64,000 nt of DNA from Candidatus Latescibacterota bacterium (lineage in GTDB: Bacteria > Latescibacterota > UBA2968 > UBA8231), in assembly GCA_965261395.1 (NCBI GenBank), contig OZ253462.1, positions 4,224,001 through 4,288,000 of the forward strand, in the 5' to 3' direction. The notes beneath the pieces were generated by a model. It saw only the letters and a program-made list of their open reading frames with translations, did not search any database and was not told the DNA's origin. Each line of letters begins with the position of its first letter. The stretch's first letter is position 1. Made by a program: the position numbers and the translations under genes. Below are positions 54,425 through 63,309 of the stretch, one piece after another.

Positions 54425-55552
54425 ATGGAACTCGACTTCCTCCAATTCGCCAAGCCGCTCATCCGCGCCCCCACAGCCCCTTTCCACGAGCATTTTGCCC
54501 TCGGCATTGCGCGCTCGTTCGCAGCCGAGCGGCCTCCAATCCAAATGCGCTACGACCGCTGTGGCAACAGCTTGCTGCTCTACGACGGCGGGGGCCAACA
54601 GGAGGAGGAGGAATTTCTCATCTTAACCGCCCACCTCGACCATCCCGGCTTAGTGTGGAGGGCCTCGCAGGGGCCAGACCGAGCGCTGTTTGAGATCCTC
54701 GGCGGCGTCGAGTTGGAGCAGGCCCTAGCGACGGGCGTGCGCATATTCGACCTGAATCGTCCGGTTACCCAGCGCGGCACTCCCGGGACCATCGTCCGAA
54801 CGGTGGAGGAGAAAGGGTCGCGCTATCCCCTAGTTGAAGTGACCGCAGTACCCGACAGTCCCCAAGGCCCGGGGACCTTTGCGATGTGGGATTTGCCGGC
54901 CTTTCGGGTGCGGGGTCGGCGCTTGAGCGGGCGGGCGATCGACGATTTGGCCGGTGCGGCCGTGGCTTTGTGCGTCTTGGATTCTTTGGTGCGCCAGCAA
55001 GCGTCGGCCCGCGTCGGCGTCTTGCTCACCCGCGCTGAAGAGGTGGGTTTCGTCGGCATGCTGGCTGCGCTAGAGGCCAAGTTCTTGCCTCGCCGCGCAC
55101 TCTACATCAACATCGAGTGCTCCAGCGTGGCGGCTGGGGCCGTGCTGGGCGCGGGGCCGATCTTGCGAGTCGGCGATCGGCTCTGGGTTTTCGACCCGGA
55201 CATCAGCGGCGGACTGGCGGCGCTGGCCGATGAATTGGCCTCCCAACAGCCATCTTTCCGCTATCAGCGCAAACTGATGGACAGCGGTGCTTGCGAAGCC
55301 ACCCCGCTGATGCAGGCCGATTATCGCACGGGCGCGGTTGCGCTACCCCTCGGCAACTATCACAACTCGGGGCCGGGCACGCAATTGGCCCCAGAATACA
55401 TTGACCTCGACGACGCCAACAGACTGGTACGCCTCCTCGTCCACGTGGCCCAGCGCGGCATTGGCACAGGGCTGGCGCATTCGGCCGCTACGCTCGACTC
55501 GATGCTCGCCGGCCGCCTAGCGCAATACCGCGACCGCCTGTACCCCGTGTAG
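54425..55552 (+). CDS. M42/M20-family metallopeptidase-like protein
   Basis: AHLDHPG, RAIDDLAG, RAEEVG, GACEA, LGNYHN. Confidence 0.8.
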   Translation: MELDFLQFAKPLIRAPTAPFHEHFALGIARSFAAERPPIQMRYDRCGNSLLLYDGGGQQEEEEFLILTAHLDHPGLVWRASQGPDRALFEILGGVELEQALATGVRIFDLNRPVTQRGTPGTIVRTVEEKGSRYPLVEVTAVPDSPQGPGTFAMWDLPAFRVRGRRLSGRAIDDLAGAAVALCVLDSLVRQQASARVGVLLTRAEEVGFVGMLAALEAKFLPRRALYINIECSSVAAGAVLGAGPILRVGDRLWVFDPDISGGLAALADELASQQPSFRYQRKLMDSGACEATPLMQADYRTGAVALPLGNYHNSGPGTQLAPEYIDLDDANRLVRLLVHVAQRGIGTGLAHSAATLDSMLAGRLAQYRDRLYPV

Positions 55553-55675
55553 AAGGGGTAGGCACTCAATAGCGACAGCTAATTTTGGTGTTTGGTGTTT
55601 TAAAGGCGGTCTGCAGCTCTTGGTAAATTGCACAGGTCCATCCAGCAACTTGTTGCCACTCAATGCAATAGCTAG

Positions 55676-56452
55676 CTAAACGATGGTCCATCCCCCATCC
55701 ACCACGAGCGTGTGCCCGGTGATCATGGCCGCGGCATCCGACGCCAAAAAGATCACCGGTGCCGACATTTCCTCCGGCTCGGCCAAGGCACCGCGCAGCA
55801 GGTTTTTGGTCTTTACCGCATCGGCAAAGGCTTGGCTTTCCCGCATCGCGGTTTCGGCCAGCGGCGAGCGGGTCACGGTTGGGGCAACTGCATTGACCCG
55901 TATCTGATACTCGGCCCATTCGGCGGCCATGGTCCGCGTAAGGTTGTTGACGCCACCCTTGGCACCTGAGTACGGGCCGCGCTCCGGTGCGCCGACCACG
56001 CCTGCTTGGGACGAGATATTGACGATATTGCCCCCTTCTCCCTGAGCGATCATCTGCCGCGCGGCGATCTGGCTACAGAAAAACACATTTTTTAGGTTGG
56101 CATCGACGATCAGGTCGTAGAGCTCTTCGTCGTAGTCGAGGATTTTGCCGACCTTGTTGTAGCCGGCGTTATTGACCAGCACGTCAATTCGCCCGAAGTG
56201 GGCTACGACCGCGGCCATAAAACGCTCGATAGAGCTTACGTCCGTCACGTCGAGCCGGTGATAAAAGCACATCCCGCCCGCAGCCTCAATCTCCGCAGCT
56301 AGCGTTTCCAATTCGGCCGTGGTGCGACTGCCAACGGCGACGCGCGCGCCCGACTGGACGCATTCTAAAGCAATCGTCCGACCAATTCCCCGGCCAGCCC
56401 CGGTGACAATGACCGTTTTTCCCTCTAGACCAAAACGCGCTAGCGGTGGCAT
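55676..56452 (-). CDS. SDR family oxidoreductase
   Basis: TGAGRGIG, NNAG, NISS, YSGAK. Confidence 0.95.
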   Translation of the reverse strand: MPPLARFGLEGKTVIVTGAGRGIGRTIALECVQSGARVAVGSRTTAELETLAAEIEAAGGMCFYHRLDVTDVSSIERFMAAVVAHFGRIDVLVNNAGYNKVGKILDYDEELYDLIVDANLKNVFFCSQIAARQMIAQGEGGNIVNISSQAGVVGAPERGPYSGAKGGVNNLTRTMAAEWAEYQIRVNAVAPTVTRSPLAETAMRESQAFADAVKTKNLLRGALAEPEEMSAPVIFLASDAAAMITGHTLVVDGGWTIV

Positions 56453-56464
56453 TTTTTCTCCTCT

Positions 56465-57646
56465 TTAATAATCGGCGTCGGCTGCCCGTTGCAGCGCACC
56501 AGCCGGAAAGACCGACACTTTAGCGCCAGCCTCGTGGTGTTTTTCCAATTCGCTCAATACGGCCTCCCAAGTTTTGCAAAAAATAACCCCCTCGCTAAAG
56601 AGCGAGGCCGCATCCCACTTGTTGATCCCAGGCGAAAATAAAATGGTGCGCCGGGCCGGCCGGCTAGGCTTTCCCCGCAGTGCCGTGCCTGGCCCTAATA
56701 CCGAGTGCCAACCCAGCCCCTCCGGGCTAGCCGAGCACATGACGGTAGTCGCGTTTTCGTTGAAGGGTTTTTTCTTGGTTCCGCCCAACGGCGTCATAGC
56801 CAACCCGGCTTGGCAGAGTTCCGTATCCTTGGGGAAGGCGTTGAATACCCCAATGTCGAAGGCGTCGGGCACTTGGGTGGCGTACTGTTCGCGCCCCAAC
56901 TCGCAGCCCCGCTCAAAGGCCGCGTCCGTGTCGCCAGCGACCAAGGCCGAGATCTCCAAGTCCTCGTTGAGCAGCGGATTGACGATATAACGGACCCCAG
57001 CCATCTTCGCCACCTCGGACAGGTGTTCGCGAAAATTTTCGTGTACGTGGCGGTGGTTGAGCATGATCGTCTGCTGCCCACAAGCACCGGGGATGAGCAA
57101 TTTGGCTCCGCCACCGAACATCCCCCCGCGCGGCGTGATCATCCCCAAGGCGATGCGGACCTCGCAGGAGGTCATATCGCGGTTGACCCAGATCGGCACC
57201 CCCCGGCTGGAGTAGCCGAGAAATTCCAAGTTCTCGTAGGCATTGTGGTTGAGCACCTGCATGGTATCGACGAGGTCCAACCCGACCTTCTTGACCAAGT
57301 CGTCGCGGGTCATCGGGCGGTGGGCCGCCAGCGCGCAGATGATCTTTACCGCGTCGGCCCCAATCCCGGCCGCAGCCAGTTCCTCAAGGACATAGGGCAA
57401 GAGCCGAAAAGCCGGCGTCGGGCGCGAGAGGTCGTCAACCAAAATGGCCGCCGAAGACCGGCCGCGGGCGAACTCGCGCAGGGGCGGAGCACCGATGGTC
57501 TCCTGCAGGGCCCGGCGAATACCGGCGTCGCCGATGTCCGGCCCGCCCCGCATGTGGTGAACCGCTACTTCCCAGTGATCGGGAAACTCCATTTTGAACG
57601 GAGCCTTGCCGTACCAAACGGCCCAAGGAACGAGAATTTCCTGCAT
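56465..57646 (-). CDS. LarA (lactate racemase) superfamily protein
   Basis: DDLSRPTP, AAHRPM, G.SSRGVPIWVN, GGGAKLLIPG. Confidence 0.85.
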   Translation of the reverse strand: MQEILVPWAVWYGKAPFKMEFPDHWEVAVHHMRGGPDIGDAGIRRALQETIGAPPLREFARGRSSAAILVDDLSRPTPAFRLLPYVLEELAAAGIGADAVKIICALAAHRPMTRDDLVKKVGLDLVDTMQVLNHNAYENLEFLGYSSRGVPIWVNRDMTSCEVRIALGMITPRGGMFGGGAKLLIPGACGQQTIMLNHRHVHENFREHLSEVAKMAGVRYIVNPLLNEDLEISALVAGDTDAAFERGCELGREQYATQVPDAFDIGVFNAFPKDTELCQAGLAMTPLGGTKKKPFNENATTVMCSASPEGLGWHSVLGPGTALRGKPSRPARRTILFSPGINKWDAASLFSEGVIFCKTWEAVLSELEKHHEAGAKVSVFPAGALQRAADADY

Positions 57647-57656
57647 GATTTTCCTC

Positions 57657-58421
57657 CTAGTCCAAGCCCATAGCCCGCAGGTTGCGCAGGCTCAGACCCA
57701 AGCTGTCAAAGGGGTCGCCCGGGCAGGTGTCTTGCTCGATCAAGTACCATTCGATCTGTGCTCTTTTACAGGCCGCGAGAATAGGCTCCCACTCCAAGTT
57801 CCCTTCCCCTACTTCGGCGAAGCATTGCTTAGAGCCGTCCATGCTCAGGTCTTTCAGATGGACGATGTGCATGCGGTCGCGGAACTTGTCCAACCACGAG
57901 ACCGGGTTGCCGCCGCCGTGTTGGATCCAATAGGTATCTATTTCAAAGGAAAAAACGGCTGGGTCGCTCTCCTCGCGGAGGATGTCCAGCCCCGTGCGCC
58001 CATCAAAGCGCTCCAGTTCGAAGCTGTGGTTGTGGTAGCTAAAGGTCAGGCTCGCGTTAATAAGGGGACGCGCCTCCTCCGAAGCATCTGCTGCAAAGCG
58101 GACAAAGCCCTCGCGGTTGCGGTATTCCTGGGGCAAGCCGCCGATAGCCACGTGGCGGCATCCCCACATCTGGTGCTCCTCGACGACGGCTTGCGGCTCG
58201 TCGCAGATGCGCTGATAGTTGGTGTGCGTGGCAGCGATCTGTATTCCCTCGGCCTTGCTTATCCCGGCCAGTTCAGCCGGTGAGATCGCCCCTAGAGCCG
58301 AAGCTTGCACGGCCTCGTAGCCGAGTGCTCGCACCTTGGCGAAGGTCTGGCGAATATCATCCGGGGTTTTGGTATAATCGCGCACTGTAAACAACTGTGC
58401 GCCAATCGCTGAAGTAGGCAT
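57657..58421 (-). CDS. Sugar phosphate isomerase/epimerase (IolE/xylose isomerase-like TIM barrel)
   Basis: QLFTVRD, YHNHSFE, EIDTYW, HLKD, EVGEG, IEQD. Confidence 0.9.
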   Translation of the reverse strand: MPTSAIGAQLFTVRDYTKTPDDIRQTFAKVRALGYEAVQASALGAISPAELAGISKAEGIQIAATHTNYQRICDEPQAVVEEHQMWGCRHVAIGGLPQEYRNREGFVRFAADASEEARPLINASLTFSYHNHSFELERFDGRTGLDILREESDPAVFSFEIDTYWIQHGGGNPVSWLDKFRDRMHIVHLKDLSMDGSKQCFAEVGEGNLEWEPILAACKRAQIEWYLIEQDTCPGDPFDSLGLSLRNLRAMGLD

Positions 58422-58474
58422 GTGGTCTCCTGTGTCCGCACTGGAGAGGAAGAGATACTTTCTGAACTCTGCGC

Positions 58475-58503
58475 AATATAGCCGCCGTCTCTCCTAGCGT
58501 CAA
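58475..58503 (-). promoter_or_regulatory. Sigma70-type promoter
   Basis: TTGACG-N17-TATATT on minus strand. Confidence 0.55.
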
Positions 58504-58537
58504 TTCAGCAGTAGCTAAAGTCTATGGTCAGCTTGTC

Positions 58538-58850
58538 GTGCCTACTCCCCACCCTACAAACGTTGGGCTTCTCGCCGATATTCTGGCTGAGATTGTAGTC
58601 CCAATCTCAAGATGTTACGCGCTGCGTTTTCATCTCCGTTGAGGATGAGTCCACAACACGGACAATGATGTATTCGTTGCGCCAGCGTTTTTCGGCATCA
58701 GTGTCCACACTAAGAGCAATCTTGCAAGGTATAGGCCAGGCTGACGGCGACCAGGATTCTACCAGCTTCTTCCGCTTTGTAGGACAGGCTCTGCCGGAAC
58801 TGCGACCAAGCGGCATCCTGAATAGATTTAGCGAGGCAGTGATTGTGTAA
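58538..58850 (-). mobile_element. tnpB: IS200/IS605-family remnant: 3' part of tnpB pseudogene plus right end
   Basis: HCLAKSIQDAAWSQFRQSLSYKAEEAG..AYTLQDCS*CGH*..CPCCG..DENAARNIL, then AGAAGCCC...GGGGAGTAGGCAC right-end-like motif. Confidence 0.88.
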
Positions 58851-58905
58851 AAGGCCATTTGATTTGGTAAGAGGATTGACAAAGTCGTCGAAGCGGGAAC
58901 AGAAG

Positions 58906-60081
58906 ATGGTAGTAAACTTATTTTTGTCGGTGTACGCGCCGGCCCTGATCCTGTCGGTTTGCCGGGGCCTGCTATTGCCCGTCCTGCCTTTGTTCGCCCG
59001 CTCTTTCGATGTATCGTACAGTCTGGTGGGCGCGGTGTTGGCCGCGGATGGGATCGGCACTTTGCTGGGCGATGTACCCGCGGGGGTAGTAGTGCGGCGA
59101 GTGGGCGAAAAGCGCGCCATGCTATTGGGGGTGGGGTGCGTCATGGCGGGGATTTTCGGTCTGCTGGTGGCCGCTGATCTGTGGCAGGTGAGCGCCTGCC
59201 GCCTGGTGTCGGGGATCGGTACGGCCCTGTGGAATATTTCGCGCCATACGTACCTGGCCGGGGCCATTCGACCGGCACTCCGGGGACGGGCCATTGCCGC
59301 GTTCGGGGGCATAGGACGCATCGGCTATTTTGCCGGACCGCTGCTCGGCGGCCTAATGGCCGGGGCGTACGGCTTTCGAGCTGCCTTCCTGTTGTACGGG
59401 GGGTTGGCGACGGTGGCCTTGCTGACGGTCTCGCTCTGGGTGGAGGACCGCGAGATCTCCCCGGGAAAAAGCCACCGGTCCAGAGGACGGGTCGGCGATG
59501 TTTTGCGCGGCCACTACCGCATCCTGCTCACCGCTGGCTCGGCCCAGTTGTGCGCCCAAATGGTGCGCACGGCCCGCATGGTCATCGCGCCGCTCTACGC
59601 CGCCGACGTCCTGGGTCTAGGGGTCGAGGAGGTGGGGGTGCTCATATCCATTGCCGCGGCCGTGGACATGCTCATGTTCTACCCGGCGGGCATGATCATG
59701 GACCACTGGGGGCGCAAGTACGCCTCGGTGCCCAGTTTCTTCGTCCAGAGCATGGGCATGGCCGCCATTCCCCTGGCACAGGATTTCTCGGGCCTGCTCC
59801 TGGCCCTGGTAGTAGTGGGCTTGGGCAACGGCATAGGGTCGGGGACCATGATGACTCTGGGCGCCGATCTGGCTCCGGATGACGGGCAGGGGGTGTTTTT
59901 GGGCCTGTGGCGCTTTGTCGGCGATCTGGGCGGGGCGGGCAGCCCCTTGGCCATGGGCTATATCGCCGATTGGGTCGGCCTGACCGAAACTCCATTGGCA
60001 GCCGCGGGCATTGGCCTAGCCGCGGCCCTCACTTTGTGGTTGGGGGTGCCCGAAACCCTGAAAAAGGAAGACCGTCTGTAG
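58906..60081 (+). CDS. MFS transporter
   Basis: About 12 TM helices, RRVGEKR, RGRA, DHWGRK. Confidence 0.92.
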   Translation: MVVNLFLSVYAPALILSVCRGLLLPVLPLFARSFDVSYSLVGAVLAADGIGTLLGDVPAGVVVRRVGEKRAMLLGVGCVMAGIFGLLVAADLWQVSACRLVSGIGTALWNISRHTYLAGAIRPALRGRAIAAFGGIGRIGYFAGPLLGGLMAGAYGFRAAFLLYGGLATVALLTVSLWVEDREISPGKSHRSRGRVGDVLRGHYRILLTAGSAQLCAQMVRTARMVIAPLYAADVLGLGVEEVGVLISIAAAVDMLMFYPAGMIMDHWGRKYASVPSFFVQSMGMAAIPLAQDFSGLLLALVVVGLGNGIGSGTMMTLGADLAPDDGQGVFLGLWRFVGDLGGAGSPLAMGYIADWVGLTETPLAAAGIGLAAALTLWLGVPETLKKEDRL

Positions 60082-60170
60082 ACTGCGGGCGGCGATGCTG
60101 GCGTGAATCCCTCTATTGATTGCAAGGTTGTCTCTCGGCATTGCACTCGGGAGCGGGCCAGCGAGTGTCG

Positions 60171-61466
60171 TCATTGCCCATCGGTGAAATAAGCTTTGGT
60201 GCCCTTGGCTTGAACTGCGTCGCCGATCCGGTTCAAGGCGTGGACGTACGCCGCGGTGCGCGGCGATATGCCCTGCTCTTGAGCAATGGCCCAAATGCGC
60301 TCGGTCTCCTCGACCATCATCTTCTTGAGCCGCTGGTTGACCTCTTCTAGGGTCCAATACAGACCCTGGCGATTCTGCACCCATTCGAAATAGCTCACGG
60401 TCACGCCGCCGGCGTTGACCAAGATGTCGGGAAATACGACCACGTCCCGCTGGCGCAGGATCTCGTCGGCGCCCGGAGTGGTGGGACCGTTGGCCAGTTC
60501 GTACACCGCCTTGGCCTTAATGTCGTGGGCGTTGGATTCCGTGATCTGGTTTTCCAAGGCCGCCGGGGCTAGAATATCGACGTCGAGCGCGAGCAATTCC
60601 TCGTTGGTGATGGTCTCGTGCTCGACGATGTTGCATACCGTGTCTTCGCAGTACACCGCCTTGAGGGTGCGGGTCGAATCCTTGAACTGGCGCACGCTGG
60701 GAATGTCAAGCCCTTCGAGCCTATAAATGCCTCCCTTAGAGTCGCTTACGGCCACGACCTTGTAACCAGCATTGAAGAGCAATTCGGCGATGATGGCTCC
60801 GGCATTGCCAAAGCCTTGCACGGCCACGGTCGTGGAGGAGGGCGATCCGCTGAAGCCGAGCTTGGGCCAGGTCGCCTCGATGGTGAAAAAGGCTCCCATC
60901 GCGGTCGCCGTATCGCGCCCTAGACTGCCCCCCATGGTCAAGGGCTTGCCGGTGATGACCGCGGGGGTGAACTGCCGATTGATAATGCTATACTCATCCA
61001 CCATCCAGCCCATGATCATCTGATTGGTATAGACGTCCGGTGCCGGAATGTCGATGTCAGGGCCGATGAAGTCGGCTACGGCGTCGATGTAGCCCCGGCT
61101 GAGTCGTTCTAGTTCAAAAGGGGACAGCTCCTTGGGGTTGACCGTGATGCCGCCTTTGCCACCACCGAAGGGCAAATTGGCCACCGCGCATTTGAAGGTC
61201 ATCCAAAAGGCCAGAGACTGGACCTCGTCGCTGGACACGTTTTGGTGGTAGCGAATGCCGCCTTTGGTGGGGCCTCGGGTGTCGTCGTAGCGCACCCGGT
61301 AGCCCGGAAAAATGCGCAACTCGCCGTTGTCCATGCGCACTGGGATGGAAACTTTCAGACTCGACTTGGGCAACTTGAGCCGCTCGATGGCATCCTCGGA
61401 AATGGACGCGTACTCAAGCGCTTCATCCAGCCGTTGGCTGGCGTCACTAAACAAAGACTGGGACAT
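60171..61466 (-). CDS. gdhA: Glutamate dehydrogenase (Glu/Leu/Phe/Val DH)
   Basis: GPTKGGIRY, GGGKGG, DIPAPDV, QGFGNAG, ELANGPTT, NAGGVTVSYFEWVQN. Confidence 0.95.
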   Translation of the reverse strand: MSQSLFSDASQRLDEALEYASISEDAIERLKLPKSSLKVSIPVRMDNGELRIFPGYRVRYDDTRGPTKGGIRYHQNVSSDEVQSLAFWMTFKCAVANLPFGGGKGGITVNPKELSPFELERLSRGYIDAVADFIGPDIDIPAPDVYTNQMIMGWMVDEYSIINRQFTPAVITGKPLTMGGSLGRDTATAMGAFFTIEATWPKLGFSGSPSSTTVAVQGFGNAGAIIAELLFNAGYKVVAVSDSKGGIYRLEGLDIPSVRQFKDSTRTLKAVYCEDTVCNIVEHETITNEELLALDVDILAPAALENQITESNAHDIKAKAVYELANGPTTPGADEILRQRDVVVFPDILVNAGGVTVSYFEWVQNRQGLYWTLEEVNQRLKKMMVEETERIWAIAQEQGISPRTAAYVHALNRIGDAVQAKGTKAYFTDGQ

Positions 61467-61553
61467 GGAACATTCTCCTTTAATTAGGTTGGATCAACGC
61501 ATGTGCAAGGTAGATAGGCTAGACGAGCCGTGCAATTGGGAATCCGTCTAGAC

Positions 61554-62780
61554 CTACTTCTTACCTAGAAACCCCCGCACCAAGACCGCCGTTCCCACAG
61601 TCCCCAACCCCGCCAGCAGCGCCATGACGCCCACGGCTCCTTGTGCTCCCCAAGCCTCGGCCAACGCCCCGCTCTGCAAGCGGCCAAAGGGGCCGACGCC
61701 AATGGCCACGACCAAGGTGCTCATCGCACGGCTCCGCATCTCGTCCGAGGATTCGACCAAGATGATGCTGCTCTGCATAATGCTAAAGCCCGCCTGTCCC
61801 AACCCAGAGCAAAACAGCATCAGCAAGGCCAGACCAAAGGTCCCGCTCAAGGCAAAGGCGGCGATTCCCATGCACGAAAGCAACGAGCCGGTGACAAAAA
61901 GCCATTCGTTGCTCAGCTTGCTGCGGCTTAGCTGGACCGCGGCCAAGCCCACAATCGCCCCGCTCCCACTAGCCGCGCCCAACCACCCCATGGCCTCTGG
62001 GCCGCGGCCGAATACGTCGCGCGCGAAAACCGGCAGCAGGTTCATATAGGGAAAAGCCCAGACATTCATAGAGATCGTGATGAGAAAGACGCCGAATATC
62101 GGGGCAGAAGCCCGCATACTGGCCCACCCCTGTCGCCCGGCCCACCCCGCCGCCCACGTGCCCGCGCTGGGTGCCTTGGAGTCAGTCTTAAGGCCCGCCA
62201 ATAAGAATAGCGCCAAGGTACCCAGCCCGACCAACACCAACAGGGCACCCAAGCTGCCATAGGCCGCGGTGACATAGCCCGCTGACAAAGGACCAGCAAT
62301 GCGCGTAAATCCCTGGATGACGTTCTCCAGCACCATGGCATCAACCGTGCGGGCCTTGCCAACTAGATCGGGCACCATGCTGCGCCGAGTCGGCCAATCC
62401 AATGCCCAACAGGCCCCCAATACCAGCGACACCACGGACAAATGCCACAACTCGAGCCGCCCTAAAAAGAGTAAGAGCGCCAACATCCCTATCCCTAGCA
62501 CATTGACCAACTGCAGGGTCCAAACGATGTAGCGCCGCTTAAAGCGATCGGTAATCACCGAGCCGAACAAACCCATAATCAGCAGGGGGATGGCTCGGTA
62601 GAAGCCGATGACCTGGACCCACCAGGGGGAATTAGTCAGCTCCAGGGCCAACCACCCCAACGCCAGCATCTCCATCCACATAGCCTGCCACCAAAGGCCG
62701 TTGGCCAACCACAGGCGCACAAAATCGCCATTGGCCAAGGGTTCGAGGACGCTTCCTCTGACGGATCTCACGCTCTGCAT
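61554..62780 (-). CDS. MFS transporter (DHA3/EntS-like)
   Basis: DFVRLW, DRFKRR, DWPTRRSMVPDLV, RIAGP, EMRSRAMS. Confidence 0.9.
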   Translation of the reverse strand: MQSVRSVRGSVLEPLANGDFVRLWLANGLWWQAMWMEMLALGWLALELTNSPWWVQVIGFYRAIPLLIMGLFGSVITDRFKRRYIVWTLQLVNVLGIGMLALLLFLGRLELWHLSVVSLVLGACWALDWPTRRSMVPDLVGKARTVDAMVLENVIQGFTRIAGPLSAGYVTAAYGSLGALLVLVGLGTLALFLLAGLKTDSKAPSAGTWAAGWAGRQGWASMRASAPIFGVFLITISMNVWAFPYMNLLPVFARDVFGRGPEAMGWLGAASGSGAIVGLAAVQLSRSKLSNEWLFVTGSLLSCMGIAAFALSGTFGLALLMLFCSGLGQAGFSIMQSSIILVESSDEMRSRAMSTLVVAIGVGPFGRLQSGALAEAWGAQGAVGVMALLAGLGTVGTAVLVRGFLGKK

Positions 62781-62853
62781 CGCTCTCTTGCTGGAGGCAT
62801 TAGGTGCCCTATATTACTCGCGCCAACTAGCCCTAAGCCATGGGAGATTTAAC

Positions 62854-63309
62854 GTGTCTGTAGAGGAAAAACTAAGAGACCTAAACCTACAACTGCCCCC
62901 TCCGCCTCAACCAGCCGGCAGCTATACCCGCGCCGTGCAAAGCGGCCCTTTGATCTTCGTCTCAGGTCAGTTGCCCCTACTAGCCGGTCGGATTCAATAC
63001 GCGGGAATCGTGGGCGAGGATTTGGACGTCGAAGCGGGATATGCCGCCGCCAAGTTGTGTGCCCTCAACGCCCTGAGCATTCTCAAGGCCGAAACCGGCG
63101 ACCTCAACCAAGTCTCCATTGTCCGCTTGGGAGGATATGTAGCTGCGACACCCGGTTTTTCGGCACACGCCAACGTAGTCAATGGCGCTTCCGATCTGCT
63201 GGCCTCAGTTCTCGGAGATAAGGGGATACACGCGCGCTTAGCCGTCGGCGTCGCCAGCTTGCCACTGGGAGCGGCCGTCGAGTTGGAAGTCATCGCCGCC
63301 GTGGGCTAG
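62854..63309 (+). CDS. RidA/YjgF family protein
   Basis: SGQLP, NGASDLL, HARLAVGVASLPLGAAVELE; GTG start after GGGAG. Confidence 0.9.
   Translation: MSVEEKLRDLNLQLPPPPQPAGSYTRAVQSGPLIFVSGQLPLLAGRIQYAGIVGEDLDVEAGYAAAKLCALNALSILKAETGDLNQVSIVRLGGYVAATPGFSAHANVVNGASDLLASVLGDKGIHARLAVGVASLPLGAAVELEVIAAVG

Noticed and set aside
58710-59321. 203-aa minus-strand ORF as a real gene
   Set aside because: Chimera of MFS antisense sequence and the tnpB fragment.
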